DNA of 64,000 bases, taken from NCBI GenBank assembly GCA_038087875.1, contig CM075997.1, positions 1,614,001 through 1,678,000 on the forward strand, written 5' to 3'. The DNA is from Malacoraja senta (Eukaryota). The translations under genes were made by a program, and so were the position numbers. Under the pieces are notes generated by a model, which worked only from the letters and a program-made list of their open reading frames with translations, did no database searches and was not told the origin of the DNA. Each line of letters begins with the position of its first letter. The first letter of the stretch is position 1. Shown piece by piece: positions 12,290 to 25,455 of this stretch.

Positions 12290-14300
12290 GCCTGTGTCCA
12301 TGCTGTATCTATCTATCAATCAATCCATCTCAATGTTTACCCAAGAACCTATCTGTTTCAATACGTTCGCCTCTCATTCTTTAGAATAGAGATACAAATG
12401 TTCTTGCTGCCTATGATAGACTAACTCTTGTCATAAGAGAGTTGCTCCAGGTGATCTGTTGACTGCTTCTAGTGTGTAGAACCTTTGTCAGATGCTTTTC
12501 TTACATAAAGGGGCCATAATGATGCATAGTACATCATTTGTGGTCTCGCATCATTTGTTACCATTGTAACGATATCACCTTTTTTATTTCAAACTCCAAT
12601 CCTCCTTTGAAATAAAGGCCAAATTGCCATTTGCCTTTGCTGCAATTGCCTGTCAACATTTTGTCATTTGTGCACAAAAATGTGCAGAATCCTTTGTGCT
12701 TTGCTCACATTCAATCTTTCACTATTTAAAATAATCTCTTTGGATTATTTTTTACCGAAGTGCACTTTCTCCCAATAGCCCGCATTTGCCAAGTTTTTAC
12801 CCACTCAATCAATAGCAGAGCCCTAATATCCTCATTACATCTTTCCCATCCATTTTTGTGTCATTTGTGAACTCTCTTCCTCATCCTTCTTCTCCCCCCC
12901 CCTCCCACAGTCAGTAATATAATTTATGAATTATTCAGGGTGCTGAATTAATCTTTGTATGACACCACTTCTATCCCTACAGCCTAAACATTCTTATTTG
13001 CGGATTCTGTTTTCCAAGCAATAACCAATATTTAATCAATACTAACACATTTCCATAATGCCATGTGCCCTTATGCATCAGCCTTTTGTGTAGCACTTTG
13101 TCAAATGCTTTCTAAAAATCCAAATACACCTTATCTACGTTTCCCTCTGTTCACTCTGCTTGTTACATCTTCCAACAGGATTTTCTTTTCACAAAATTGG
13201 TTTGATTTTACTAAGGAACTAGCTATTTCTTGACTCCATTTTGCCAACAGTAGATGTTTGACTAATAAGTCTTTTTTTAACATTTGATGTGAATCACAAA
13301 ATCCCTGGCACTGAGTTTTGAAAACACTCAACCACTTGCTCCACTATCTATCTTTCTTTAAAACCATTCCATTAAGGCCATTGGCACATGGCATCGTGTC
13401 CACCTTTAGGTATTTTAGTTTTTCTAATGTTTTTACCTTGGATAGATTGTAGTGATTGATTGTTACAAGTTTTTCAGTGTTTCAAGCTAGTTCATCTGAT
13501 TGATTTGGGAAGTTTGTGGAGTCCTCCACCATAAAGACCAATGCAAGATATTGAGTTGAATTATTTGTATTACCTTTTTTCCTCAGTCGTGCTCTCTGGA
13601 AGTCCCTCTTTTATATCTAGAAAAACCCTTCCCTTTTTTTTTTTGATACTACATATGCCACTTTTTTTCTCATCGGTTTTTTACTTCCTTAAGTCTCTTG
13701 CTGGTGGATCTCATGAAATTCCCAGTGTTGTGGTCTATCACGACCCCGTGCCACATTATGTGCTCTTGTTGTTAATTAAATGTTTTTTCTTGATCTCCTT
13801 TGTTAAGGATGGATAGTTCATATTTCTCCCGGGACCCCTTTTTCTAATTGGGATACATTTCTGCTGAGTGTTATGAATTAGCTGTTTAAATTCTGCCTAT
13901 GCTCATCTACTGACCTATTTCACCCCCCCTCCCCCCCCCCCCCGCCCTAAAGTGGGCTGTTGGTATGTATTCTGGGTCTTTGTGCTCAAAAGTGTATTCA
14001 GAATTCTACCATATTGTGATCACAAATCCCTAGGAACTTTTAATGTGCATCTTTGTATTAATCCTACCTCCTTACACATGACCAAATCTAAACTAGCCCA
14101 TTTCTAGGTGAGTTCTGTAACATTGTGCTATAAGAAGCAACCCCTGGCACACTCCACAAATTATTTCATTGTGCCCCTGACAGTTTGATTAATCCAATAA
14201 GTGAGCAGATAATTGCAGTTTCTTTCTCACCCACTGTTGGCATTTCCCCACTTGTATTGTCCTATTTAGAAGCAGTACTTGGGGGTCTATAGACTGCTCT
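12290..14300 (-). mobile_element. Old, highly decayed CR1-like LINE
   Basis: gcactttgtcaaatgctttctaaaaatccaaatacac (about 13093-13129) is the reverse complement of a VYLDFxKAFDKV-type RT motif. Boundaries are uncertain. Confidence 0.55.
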
Positions 14301-15124
14301 TATCTCCTGCTCGTTTCCCCTGCTGTTTGTTATTTCTACAGAGAAAATATGTTAAGGATCTGGTGTGGAGATCATTAGCATCCTATAAACCCTTTTGTTC
14401 ATTAACGATACTGTTTAAGGACACATCAGATGGTCTAATTCACATAAGCGGAGGTTGCATTTAGTCAATGGAACCACGAGCAGCATTATATTTTGTGGTC
14501 TCCGAACAGCAGTCTCAGGAAGGGTTCTGACACAAAATGTTGCCTATCCATGTCCTCCAGCGATGCTGCTTGAGTTAAGGAAGCAGCATTAGAAAATGAG
14601 ATAGTAAACATATGAATTATCAGGATCCAAATCTGGAGCCTAATTGGAGTCTAACTGAGCTAAATGTAATTTTAGAAAATTGAGTGTCATTTTTAAAGTG
14701 TCAGATTATTTTCAGGATGAATTTTTGGAGGTTTTGTACATTCTCTTTCTAATTGTCCATTAAGTTCTCCATGGTAGAATGTGGAACTGTTACCAAATTA
14801 TTTTTTACTTTTATTTTACTCGTAATATCTGTTTCATGCCCGTGCAATGTTAAATTTTTCTGTGATACTATCTCATTCTTGACTGATGGCCATTGAAAAC
14901 CTTATAATAGTGTGTCTCATACGTTTATGGTGTCTCAAAGCTATTAAATCAATTAATTTTCTTAAAAGGCCATGAGGTAGATTAGGCTAGGTGCTATATT
15001 TCCCACGAGATAACAGCATTTCCAAGTAATGCTGTGTGATTTTTAGAGATGCTGTCCTGGTTTGTGCTGAGCTGGACACTACTACCTGCACTGACTGGTC
15101 ACATTCCCCATCGCCTGGAATTTA

Positions 15125-15720
15125 GCCAGTACACACAAAATGCTGGAGTAACTCAGCGGGTCAGGCAGCATCTCTGGAGAGACAGAATGGGTGACGTTTC
15201 GGGTCGAGACCCTTCTTCAGACTGAAAAAGAGTCTCGAACCAAAACGTCACCCATTCCTTTCTTTCCGTTCTTCAGACTGAGGAAGGGTCTGGACCCGAA
15301 ACGTCACCCATTCCTTCTCTCCAGAGATGCTGCCTGACCCGCTGAGTTTTGTGCCTACCTTCGATTTAAACCAGCACCTGCAGTTCTTTCCTACACACTT
15401 ACACCAGTACAAGTCCATGTGGTTGGTCTTACTAGCTGAGCATGACCTGGAGCGAACGCCACAGCCCTCTAAGGCAGGTGGGCTTTGTCTGATGTAATGG
15501 GTCATGTGAAATAAAGGCAAAAATGCTGGAGTAACTCAGGCAGCATCTCTGGCGAACAGGGATAGGTGATGTTTCGGGTCGGGACCCTTCTTCAATTTAG
15601 TCTGAAGACTTTAATCTGAAGAAAGGACCCAGCCAAACATGTTACCTTTTCATCTTCTCCAGAGATGCTGCCTGATCCTCTGAGTTACTCCAGCATTTGT
15701 TGTCTTTGGTAATGCAACAT
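15125..15720. mobile_element. Two fold-back (inverted) pairs of the Penelope pLTR-derived element
   Basis: tgctggagtaactcag... arms are followed by their reverse complements. Hammerhead cores at 15193-15220 (-) and 15278-15305 (+). Confidence 0.8.
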
Positions 15721-15984
15721 CCTTGTTATTTCATTATGGGTACATAGAGCCAACAAAACCCTTCCAGAAACTTGACAGGCTGAAAAACTTGCCTGCAGCC
15801 TTGCTGTTTATCAAAACACTCATAATTTTTGTGCTTCTAAATATCACTGATATTTAGAAATTTAACATTTTATTAATGTCAAATATATTAAAATTAAAAC
15901 AATAAATATGTAACTTGCCTTTCTGCGTGCTCTCAACTGCAGGGCATATATCTGGCGGAGCAAGTCTGGCAAGGTCAGGACTTA

Positions 15985-16780
15985 GATACACAGATACATA
16001 GAAAATAGGTGCAGGAGTAGGCCATTCGGCCCTTCGAGCCTGCACCGCCATTCAATATGATCATGGCTGATCATCCAACTCAGTATCCCGTACCTGCCTT
16101 CTCTCCATACCCCCTGATCCCTTTAGCCACAAGGGCCACATCTAACTCCCTCTTAAATATAGCCAATGAACTGGCCTCAACTACCCTCTGTGGCAGAGAG
16201 TTCCAGAGATTCACCACTCTCTGTGTGAAAAAGTTTTTTCTCATCTCGGTCTTAAAGGATTTCCCCCTTATCCTTAAGCTGTGACCCCTTGTCCTGGACT
16301 TCCCCAACATCGGGAACAATCTTCCTGCATCTAGCCTGTCCAACCCCATAAGAATTTTGTAAGTTTCTATAAGATCCCCTCTCAATCTCCTAAATTCTAG
16401 CGAGTATAAGCCGAGTCTATCCAGTCTTTCTTCATATGAAAGTCCTGACATCCCAGGAATCAGTCTGGTGAACCTTCTCTGCACTCCCTCTATGACTATA
16501 ATGTCCTTCCTCAGATTTGGAGACCAAAACTGTACGCAATACTCCAGGTGTGGTCTCACCAAGACCCTGTACAACTGCAGTAGAACCTGCTCCTATACTC
16601 AAATCCTTTTGCTATGGAAGCTAACATACCATTCGCTTTCTTCACTGCCTGCTGCACCTGCATGCCTACTTTCAATGACTGGTGTACCATGACACCCAGG
16701 TCTCGCTGCATCTCCCCTTTTCCTAATCGGCCACCATTTAGATAATAGTCTGCTTTCCTGTTTTTGCCACCAAACCACTT
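15985..16780 (-). mobile_element. Young CR1/HER1-like LINE 3' end (ORF2 C-terminus 16080-16574)
   Basis: 164-aa ORF YRVLVRPHLEYCVQFWSP...FFTQRVVNLWNSLP, typical of the CR1 ORF2 C-terminus, followed by the 3' UTR and a short repeat tail. Confidence 0.92.
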
Positions 16781-17754
16781 CCCCGTTCATGTGGGATTCC
16801 TGAAACATGCAGCCACTTGCATGCTGACAAAATTCTGGAGAAAATCGAGGCATATAATCTCCAAAGGTGTAGCACTCTTTCAGCCGAGGCCCTATTTGCT
16901 TGTCATCATTGGAGCTCGAATAAACGTATTTGCTGTGAATGAAAAGCCATGATACCTGAGCTCCACCATTTTATTGAAACCTTGTCATAAAACACAATTT
17001 CAATGACAGTGACCCTCGACTTGCATTGAGTCAATCAATGAATTATTCCAAGATAGACGTGACAAAGTGCTGGAGTAACTCAGCAGTTCAGGCAGTATCT
17101 CTGGAGAAAAAGGATGGGTGACCTTTTAGGTTGGGACCCTTCTTCAGACTCCTTCCTTGCTATGAGCAATGAGAACTCCATGCCAATGTTTTTTTTTCAA
17201 ATATAGCTAGCATAATCACTTAACTGTCTTGCAAAAGTTTCCAAGACTAATTAAGCTGTAACTGACATAGAAAAGAACTGGAATTGCATCTTTCGGCCTC
17301 TGCATTACAGATGATGAACAGCACATGATGCTCAGCATAGTAGTCCTCTGTTTATGGCTTAATGTGAAACACTGCAACTAAGGTATGTTAATCTCTGAAA
17401 CATCTGGAAGACATTACGATTAGAACGAATATTGTCATTCAATGAGATCAGCACTGCATCGTGTATAATTGGAATTGTTCATTTGCAATGTGTGTTTTAA
17501 GTTGTTTACCCTCATTTTGATTATGATGTCAGTGCTGAGATATATACAAAGCAAAATGCAGTACTAGAGAAACTCACTGGGTCAGGCAGCATCTGTGGAG
17601 GGAATGAACTGACGATGCCGAGTTGGGACCCTTCAGAACCACATTTTGCTCTGCAGTTGCTTGTCTCCTTATGGTCTTGTGGTCACAGATTTATTATTGG
17701 ATGGTGGAAGAGCGGGGAGCAGTTTCCTTTGGTATTCCTGGATAGTATAGCAAA

Positions 17755-17852
17755 ATTAGACACAAAATGCTGGAGTAACTCAGCAGGACAGGCAGCATAT
17801 CTGGAGAGAAGGAATGGGTGACGTTTCGGGTCGAGACCCTTCTTCAGACTGA
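17755..17852 (-). mobile_element. Penelope pLTR-derived element with intact hammerhead core (17820-17847)
   Basis: gacgtttcgggtcgagacccttcttcag is the reverse complement of CTGAAGAAGGGTCTCGACCCGAAACGTC. Confidence 0.8.
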
Positions 17853-18559
17853 GTGGCAAAAGTGTCCATGTTCCATTCTGTAGGGAACTACACATTATTC
17901 ACTTATGTACATTTCTGCTTAAGTCCTCTTTTAAGTCATTTTATAAAAAATGCTAATTGACGGAGCTGGGGCAATGTAATAGCTGCCAATTTAGTCTTTT
18001 TAAAGGTCCTAAAAAACAAATTTACAACAAATTCTAATAAAAAGCAGATAATTTTGCCATACAAATGCAGTGTGAAGAATATTTGTGTGTATATTGCTTT
18101 CTGTAATCTATCTGCCCTTTTTACATAGTCACTAACATGGACAGGGGAGTTCCTCAGCATCTCCACTGCCTAGCGATGTACTGTCAATGCATTTAATCTT
18201 CAAAAGCATTTGTGATCCTGAATTGTTTCCTTTAATTTTTCGTTTTTACTACTTTTATCTGTTTCTCCCTTGTTGATATGAATGATTTTACATATGATAT
18301 TTTGTAATATGCAAGTACAGGAGTTTTGAACTGGCTGCGAAAAATTCACAAGTGCATCTGAGCTGGGAGACGGCCATTGATTAATACTGACTAATTGTAT
18401 AATGTCACTAACTGACAGTTAATTGTATAATCTCACTAATATCTGGCAGTTTTCTCCTATTCCTCACTGTCTGCTTAAAATGTATTGTCTTGAACCCAGA
18501 CAAATACATTAGTTTAATTATAAGTTTGATTGATTATAATTTTATAAAGGCACACAAAA

Positions 18560-18810
18560 AAAGGCACAAATGCAGGACTTAACTCAGCAAGTCAGGCAAC
18601 ATGTCTGAAGAACATGGATAGGTGATGTTTTGGGTCGGGACCCTGCTTCAACATGGGAAACGTCATCATTTAATCAGTCTGAGTAAGAATCAGTCTGAAG
18701 CGTCACCTATCCATAATCTCCAGAGGTGTTGCCTGACTTGCTGAGTTACTACTGTACTTTGTGCCCTATTTTCTGTACACCAGCATCTGCAGTTCCTTGC
18801 TTCTACATAA
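18560..18810. mobile_element. Degenerate fold-back pair of the pLTR-derived element
   Basis: aactcagcaagtcaggcaaca ... tgttgcctgacttgctgagtt inverted arms. Confidence 0.7.
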
Positions 18811-19137
18811 ATTTAATTGTTATCTGCTGTTAACAAAATACTGTGTTTTCAGCATCTTTTATGTGCTGCACTGAATATCCTTGCTGACTATTCACCAATC
18901 TATTAACAACTGTGAAGAACTGAATGCTGAATGCTTTTATTTCTTTCAATGTGGTCTGAGTTAGAACAAAGATGTGTTTGGAAAAACAACTACACAAATC
19001 TGCAGGCGAGCCCTGTTCCGTGCAAGGCCAAAATTGCTGGGAAGACTCTAAATCTGAACTCAAACCTTGTGCCAAATTGATTGCTATAGTCCTATGGTTG
19101 AACACAGGAAACCAAGAAATACATGTGGATCATGTGA

Positions 19138-19433
19138 GGTGCATGATGGTGTAGCGGTAGAGTTGCCTTACAGCGCCAGAAACCCAGGTTCGATCCTGCC
19201 TATGGGTACTATCTGTATTAAATTTGTATGTGTTCTCTGTGACCTGCGTGGGTTTTCTCCAGGAGTGCTGATTTCCTCTCCCACACTCAAAAGACGTACA
19301 GGCTAATTGGCCTGGTAAAAATTATAAATTGTCCCTAGTGTGTTGGAGAGTGTCTGTGTACATGGATGCTGGTCAGTGCGGACTTGGTGGACCAAAAGGC
19401 CTGTTTCTTCGCTGTATAGCTAAACTAAACTAA
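19138..19433 (+). mobile_element. HE1-type tRNA-derived V-SINE, near full length
   Basis: Pol III A-box-like tggtgtagcggtag and B-box ggttcgatcc (19187-19196), V-domain-like core, CR1-like tail and (taaac)n end. Confidence 0.85.
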
Positions 19434-19946
19434 AAAGATCCTGCCCATTATGCCTGCTCTGCTATTGAGATTATCGATGCCCTGATCATCGTCCTTCATT
19501 CGCTTCCCATAACCATTGATTTCTCATGCAGACCTTAAATCCCAGAACTACCTCATGCTCGGTCCCTTAATGGGGGTTAGTGCAGTTAATCTTATTTTGT
19601 GGATGAAGTCAGCATTACGTTTGCATGTCTTACTCTCATGGTGCAGACGCGGTTACCGAGGTCCAGTACTACAGAATACTTAGTCCCTAAAGAATGGGCC
19701 TCATCGTTAATATGTGTGCTTGGACTGATGACAAATTAGAAACTGGTTGAAACTAAATTGCTTGCTCTGCATTGTAGATGGTAATGACTTTTTCAGGTGA
19801 CTCTCTGGAGATGAATTTAAATCCATTGGTTTTCGCCCTACTAAATTTACTGATGCATATTTTGCCCACTTACGAAGTTTGCTTTGTGAATAATTGTTCT
19901 GAGATCTTTCAAAGATTTATCTATCTTTTAAAACCCCTTTCAGTGA

Positions 19947-20227
19947 CCGGACGGCACGGTGGCGCAGTGGTAGAGTTGCTGCCTTACAGTGCCAGAGACC
20001 CTGGTTTGATCCTGACTACGGATTCTGTCTGTACAGAGATTGTACGTTCACCTCGGCTTTGCTCCCACATTGCAAAGATGTACAGCTTTTCAAGTTAATT
20101 GGCTTCGGTAAAGATTATAATTTGTCCCCGGTATGTTGGATAATGTTAGTGTACATGGATTGCTGGTCAGCACGGATTCGGTGGGCCAAACGGCCTATTT
20201 CCACGTTGTATCTCTAAACTAAACTAA
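19947..20227 (+). mobile_element. HE1-type SINE
   Basis: ggcacggtggcgcagtggtagagttgctgcc head and ctaaactaaact tail. Confidence 0.85.
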
Positions 20228-20329
20228 CCTCCACAACCCACCATGGTAGATTCCATAGAATACTGAGATTCCTGTACACCCCAGTTGTAAAGGCCCCCTT
20301 TTTTAAGGCTCGTGGAAAAGTTAAATCAA

Positions 20330-20730
20330 CTCAACATTGTCTTTGTCATGTCTCCTTATTTTGTATGTTTCAGTATGATCAACCTCGTTCTTCGAAATTT
20401 CAAATGATACAGGTCAAATTTTTTTAAGCTGTTTTCGTGATGACTGTCCTGCCTCCAAGCTAGTATATCCCATCTGCATAAGAGGAGTAAACTGGTACAC
20501 AGTACTTCAGGTACAATATCCTGTGTAATCGTAACCATTTACAAAAAATCCAACACTTGCAGCATTTGCCTGCTAACTTTATTTCATGAACAATAATGCC
20601 CAAATCTATTTATCACTCACTTGCAGTTCTTTCTTATTTAAATGATGATCAGCCTTTTGATTCCTCACATTTTCCACTTTAAGCTCCATTTGCCAAGTTG
20701 TTTGCCCACTCGCTGATCTGTATCCTGTTG
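20330..20730 (-). mobile_element. Decayed CR1-like LINE fragment
   Basis: Remnant peptides LKFRRTR and WQMELKVE on the minus strand. Confidence 0.5.
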
Positions 20731-21034
20731 TAGAGTCCATATGTCGTCCAAAATGATAGAATATTAGTGTATGTTTGTCGTTGAGACGCAATTTTTTACT
20801 GCGGAAAAGAAAAGGAATAATATGTTTAATAGCAAACATCTGTGCTTAGTGTAAAGTAACAATATTTTAGAAAAGATTTTCTCATTCAGCTGAAGTAACT
20901 TGTAGACTATTGTTGACCCATTGGTGGTGTGTATTTTAATTTAACGCTAGCAGAATGATATTGAATACAGAAGTAACCCATAAATCAAATCTTTCGATTT
21001 TTATTTTATGCCTTGCACTGCAGAGACATTTACT

Positions 21035-21555
21035 GTCCAATCCAACTTTATTTGTTAAGCACTTTAAAACAACCAATGTTGACCAAAGTGCTGTACAGAA
21101 GACTAAACAAGACATCATAAACAGACAGCATAACAGAACATAACATAACAGCTCACATGAGACGCAAAAATTACATATGAAATACAACAATAAATTAAAA
21201 GACATAAAACATCAGTAAAAATAATAGCCACGCAATAAAAGCAATCAAAAAAGAAATTAAATCAAGTAAATAAAGTCAACATCTTACTGGGTATCAAAGG
21301 CCACGGAGAAGAGATGGGTTTTAAGAAGTGATTTAAAAACAGACAGAGAAGAGGCCTGTTTAATGTGGAGAGGCAGATCGTTCCATAATTTGGGTGCCGA
21401 CACAGCAAAGGCACAGTCCCCTCTGAGCTTCAGCTTAGTTTTAGGCCCACTCAGGAGCAGCTGATTATCTGACCTGAGAGAGCGGGCGGGTGTATACGGG
21501 TGTAGAAGCTCAGATAGGTAGGGCGGGGCAAGACCATTCAGGGATTTAAAAGCAA
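21035..21555 (-). mobile_element. L2-clade LINE 3' end
   Basis: Uninterrupted frame 21553-21284: AFKSLNGLAPPYLSELLHPYTPARSLRS...AFAVSAPKLWNDLP...FKSLLKTHLF. L2-type tail tgtacagcactttgg...aaagtgcttaacaaataaag(ttgga)n. Confidence 0.9.
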
Positions 21556-22049
21556 ATGTGTCTAATTACCCAGGAGTACTTGTATTAAGAGAAGGGCAAG
21601 TGCAGAAACATCTCTCTGTATAGAACATGTAATTCATTAAACATGAGAAGCTGCTTATGTCACCTTAACCAAAACGTACTTGTTATCATTTATGACTGGA
21701 CTAGTCATTACCATGTCCGAGACGTATTAAAAAGTTAATGAATGTTGGGAAGAGCTTGGTCATGCTTACTTGAATGCTTATAAAATCTGCTTGTTCAGTG
21801 TGAACTATAGGAGGCCCCTTAATATCTGTGGAACTCAGCAACGGTATGATGCTGTGTTGCAATGCGGTGACTTGACTGAGTGATTGAACTGTAAGGAAAT
21901 TGAGGGAAAAATCTCTCATTTGCAAATATCTTCAGTTTCTGCAAACTTTCCATATTGTCCTTTGATCATGCCTGCATTAGGGAGTTGTTTTACATTGAGT
22001 TGGGCTTCAGAAATCTTGTGTTGTCCAACAGGATGAGTGATATTGCAGT

Positions 22050-22410
22050 AAAACGACATGAAGTGCTGTTGTAACTCAGTGGGTCAGGTAGCATCCCTGG
22101 AGAACATGGATAGATGACTTTTCAGGTCAGGACCTTCAGACTGATTGTGAGGGGGAGAAAGAAAACTGTGAGAGAAGGGGTAGGACAAATTGTGACAAGT
22201 AATAGGTGGACATTAATAAGGGAGGTTTTGACAGGCAGATGGTTAGAACAAAGGCCAAAGATCAAAGCAGAAAGTGTGAGAGACTGATTGAAGATTGCAA
22301 TTGTGAAGCCAAAGGAAGAAATGTTGGGGCAGGGGAGAAATAGATGGGGCACAGGGGAGGAAAAAGGGAGGATGTTAGAGGTTACTTAAAATTGGAGAAT
22401 TCCAAAGTTG
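22050..22410 (-). mobile_element. Penelope-like element 3' region/pLTR, degenerate
   Basis: pLTR sequence joined to a purine-rich spacer and ttacttaaaattggagaattc, matching the end of the GIY-YIG ORF. Confidence 0.65.
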
Positions 22411-23149
22411 GTGTTGCGGTCAATCTGAAGAGAAACTCTCAATTCACTCATTTTGCTAAGGCAAATAATTCAGTAGTCAGCGTCAAGCTTATTATTATGT
22501 TAAGGTTAAGTAAATAAAGTTGAACTTGAAGTGAATGAGAATACCACTAGTTTTGGATACGTAGTGTCTGTGATGGAGAATGAGGCAGAAGAGGTGATGA
22601 TTTGTTGAATGAGCCGGTGATTCAGTGTTTGTTTAGCGCACGAACATTTTCCTTTCTGCTTAATAACCTCTCATCACACCACTATCTAATGTCTGAATTA
22701 GAGCCGATTGCAATTGTTTCCTTAGTTTTCCTCCCTTTCCCCCCCCCATGCCAAAATGTGACAGTTCATTCATATTTCATGTGCACTTTACCTTGTATTA
22801 TCCTTTTTTTATTATCCTGTTCTTTTATGCCTCTACCCTTTCCTTTGCTGTTTTACCTGATCATTAATAAGAATGTATATTTTTAAATGGTATTTGGGGG
22901 GGGGGGGGGAAGAAAAACATGTTTGACAGGTTTTAACTAAAGAAGCCCACTGATAAAGACAAATATTACGCTGTGTTTTTTATTGGCTAGTGTTTGGGTA
23001 ATCAGTGCAGTCATCTTGTAGTGCTGCTTTAGTCGGAGGTTTTGCATTGTTCAGTTATTGGCTCTTGGCAATCTGGCTACATCTGCATAATGATTGAAGA
23101 AATGTTAAATGCCAGAGGAGGCTTATGGTATTGTGAAATGGCTTTATAT

Positions 23150-24780
23150 CAATGAAGGCAAAATCATTAGCACTTTGTTTATTTAATGAGGAAATGGAAA
23201 AAGTTGCTGAGGCAGGATTCGAGTTGTGGATCAGTTCCAGAACCTGATAGTTGTAGCAAAATAGGTGTTCCTGAACTTGGTTACGTGCGTATCCCGTTGA
23301 ACTTTCAGGAAAGCTGAGGTGTTGGAACGCCCTCAATGTGATTGTATCTGTGCTGAGCCGAGGACAATTATTCTGGGGCGTTAATGCTTGGAAATTCAAA
23401 GCTGTTAACTTTCTCCACTGTCGACCCACTGGCACATGGCCTCCCGACTTTCTGAAGTCGGCGATTAGTTTTGTTGAGATGGAACAAGAGGTAGTTGTTG
23501 TGGCACTGTTCAAACAGGTATTCTGTCTGCTGACTCGGCAGCGTACTCAATTAGGCCAGTTGCAGTGGTGTCCTCGATGGATTTGTAGGATGGCATGGAA
23601 CTGTGTGTAGCCACACTAAAGAGAAGAGCAAAGAGCTAAGCATGCAGCAATGAGATGCGCCTACGGTGATCCGTGAGAGGGTGTTGTCACTGATCTGTTC
23701 TGCTGTTGTCTGCCAATGAGAAAATCAATGAATCATTTACAGAGGGAAGTATAGAGGCCCTGGAGTTGTGATGGGTTTGGTGCAGATTATTGTGTTAAAT
23801 GCTTGGCTGTAATCGATGAACTGCAGCCTTGCAAATATGTTATTGTCCAGAACTGAGTGGAGAGCCAGTGAGATATCATCTACTGTTAACCTGTTGTGGT
23901 GATAAGCAAAGCGAAGCGGGTCCAAGTCATTTTTTGAGGCAAGATTTGCGCCATAACCAAAGCGCTTAATTACGTGGATGTAAGTGCTATTGGATGGTAG
24001 TTATTGAGGCTGTGTTTTTGGGTACCAGTATGATAAATGCCCTTTTGAATCGGGTGTGAATCTCGCACTGCAGAAGCCAGAGGTTAAGATGTCCTTGATT
24101 GAATATGCCACTCAGTTGGTCCGCACAGGTCTTTCACTAGGTACGTTGTCCGGGCTAGAAGCTTTATATGGATTAATCCTCTTGACAGTTACATAGAAAC
24201 ATAGAAACATAGAAACATAGAAAGTAGGTGCGAGAGTAGACCACCAGGCCCATCGAGCCCGCACCACCATTCGCTCATGGCTGAACACTAAACAGACACC
24301 CTTACCCACAAACAGTAGACACAAGACACAGAACACAAGACACTACCCTCCCCTTTATATCGCTATCACCCCTCTCCACCCCAAGAACCGCGTGATCTCC
24401 TGGGGGAGGCAAAAAAACGGATAAAAACCCAGGTCCAATTCGGGAAAAAAATCCGGGAAATTCCTCTCCGACCCCAATCCAGGCGATCGACACTTGTCCA
24501 GGAGATCACTCAGGTCTTACTATACTAACCATACCTAGGTCCATATCCCTGCCCTCTCCCCGTAGCCCCTTATCCCCTTGGCAGCTAAAAAAACATCTAT
24601 TTTAGACTTAAATATATTTAATGTTTCTGTTGCTCTTTCATCAGCTCAGACTGAACACAGCTGTGAAGGCGTGCCATTGTTCTCTCTTTCAAAGCTTGCA
24701 TAAAAGGCGTTGAGCTCACCTGGAAGTGATGCATTGTTGCCAATGCCATGGTATAACTACCAGGGATAGTTTTAGCATAT
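23150..24780 (-). mobile_element. Rex1/Babar-like LINE remnant, interrupted at about 24190-24620
   Basis: Peptide DPLRFAYHHNRLTVDDISLALHSVLD...ARLQFIDYSQAFNTI (23737-23925) resembles the Rex1 RT region. Confidence 0.75.
24190..24620 (-). mobile_element. CR1-type LINE 3' UTR with (tagaaaca)n tail, nested in the Rex1-like remnant
   Basis: acatagaaacatagaaacatagaaacatagaaa tail, followed by aggcccatcgagcccgcaccaccatt as in the other CR1 3' ends. Confidence 0.7.
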
Positions 24781-24789
24781 ACACCTATG

Positions 24790-24932
24790 TATTCTTCAGT
24801 CTGAAGAAGGGTCTCGACCTGAAACGTCACCCATTATGTCTCTCCAGAGATGCTCCTGACCCGCTGAATTACTCCAGCATTTTGTGTCTATCTTTGGTGT
24901 AAACCAGCATCTGCAGTTCCTTCCTACACACC
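24790..24932 (+). mobile_element. pLTR-derived element with sense-strand hammerhead core (24801-24828)
   Basis: ctgaagaagggtctcgacctgaaacgtcac, preceded by the palindromic junction ttcttcagtctgaagaa. Confidence 0.8.
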
Positions 24933-25206
24933 TTGGAACGATTCTTTGCTAGATGCTGGATTAAGTTCAGTAATTTAAAAGCTTGAAATATGCTGGCTAT
25001 ACTTGCACTAGAATCAGCATTGCAAGTCGGCAGATACAAAGAAACATTTGCAGAAAGAGAATAAAATGCAAGAGGAGCGTTAATTAACCAAGAAATCTCA
25101 CTGACAATTATTGCTCCCAGTACTCTTCTGGTGAGACTCTCCTCATTCTGCAGATATGAATTCATTTAAAGATCGTAGCTCCTTGCATTGTCCTAATTAC
25201 CCAGTC

Positions 25207-25455
25207 CTGTTTGCTGAGTTTCTCCAGCATTTTTGTGTACCTTACGGCCCGAAACGTTACCTATTTCCTTCGCTCCATAGATGCTGCTGCACCCGCTGAG
25301 TTTCTCCAGCATTTTTGTGTACCTTGCGGCCCGAAACGTTACCTATTTCCTTCGCTCCATAGATGCTGCTGCACCCGCTGAGTTTCTCCAGCATTTTTGT
25401 GTACCTTCGATTTTCCAGCATCTGCAGTTCCTTCTTTAACACAACTGTTTGCTGA
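25207..25455 (+). repeat. Tandem 82-bp units of the pLTR element with 11-bp target duplication
   Basis: Unit starts at 25245 and 25327; ctgtttgctga at 25207-25217 and 25445-25455. Confidence 0.85.

Noticed and set aside
18385..18450. About 28-bp tandem duplication (taattgtataatgtcacta / taattgtataatctcacta)
   Set aside because: Simple local slippage duplication with no further evidence of function.
19138..19215. tRNA gene
   Set aside because: A/B boxes belong to the tRNA-derived SINE head, which continues into the SINE body and has no complete cloverleaf.
25207..25455. CRISPR-like array
   Set aside because: Eukaryotic DNA with identical tandem units and no unique spacers; derived from the retroelement pLTR.
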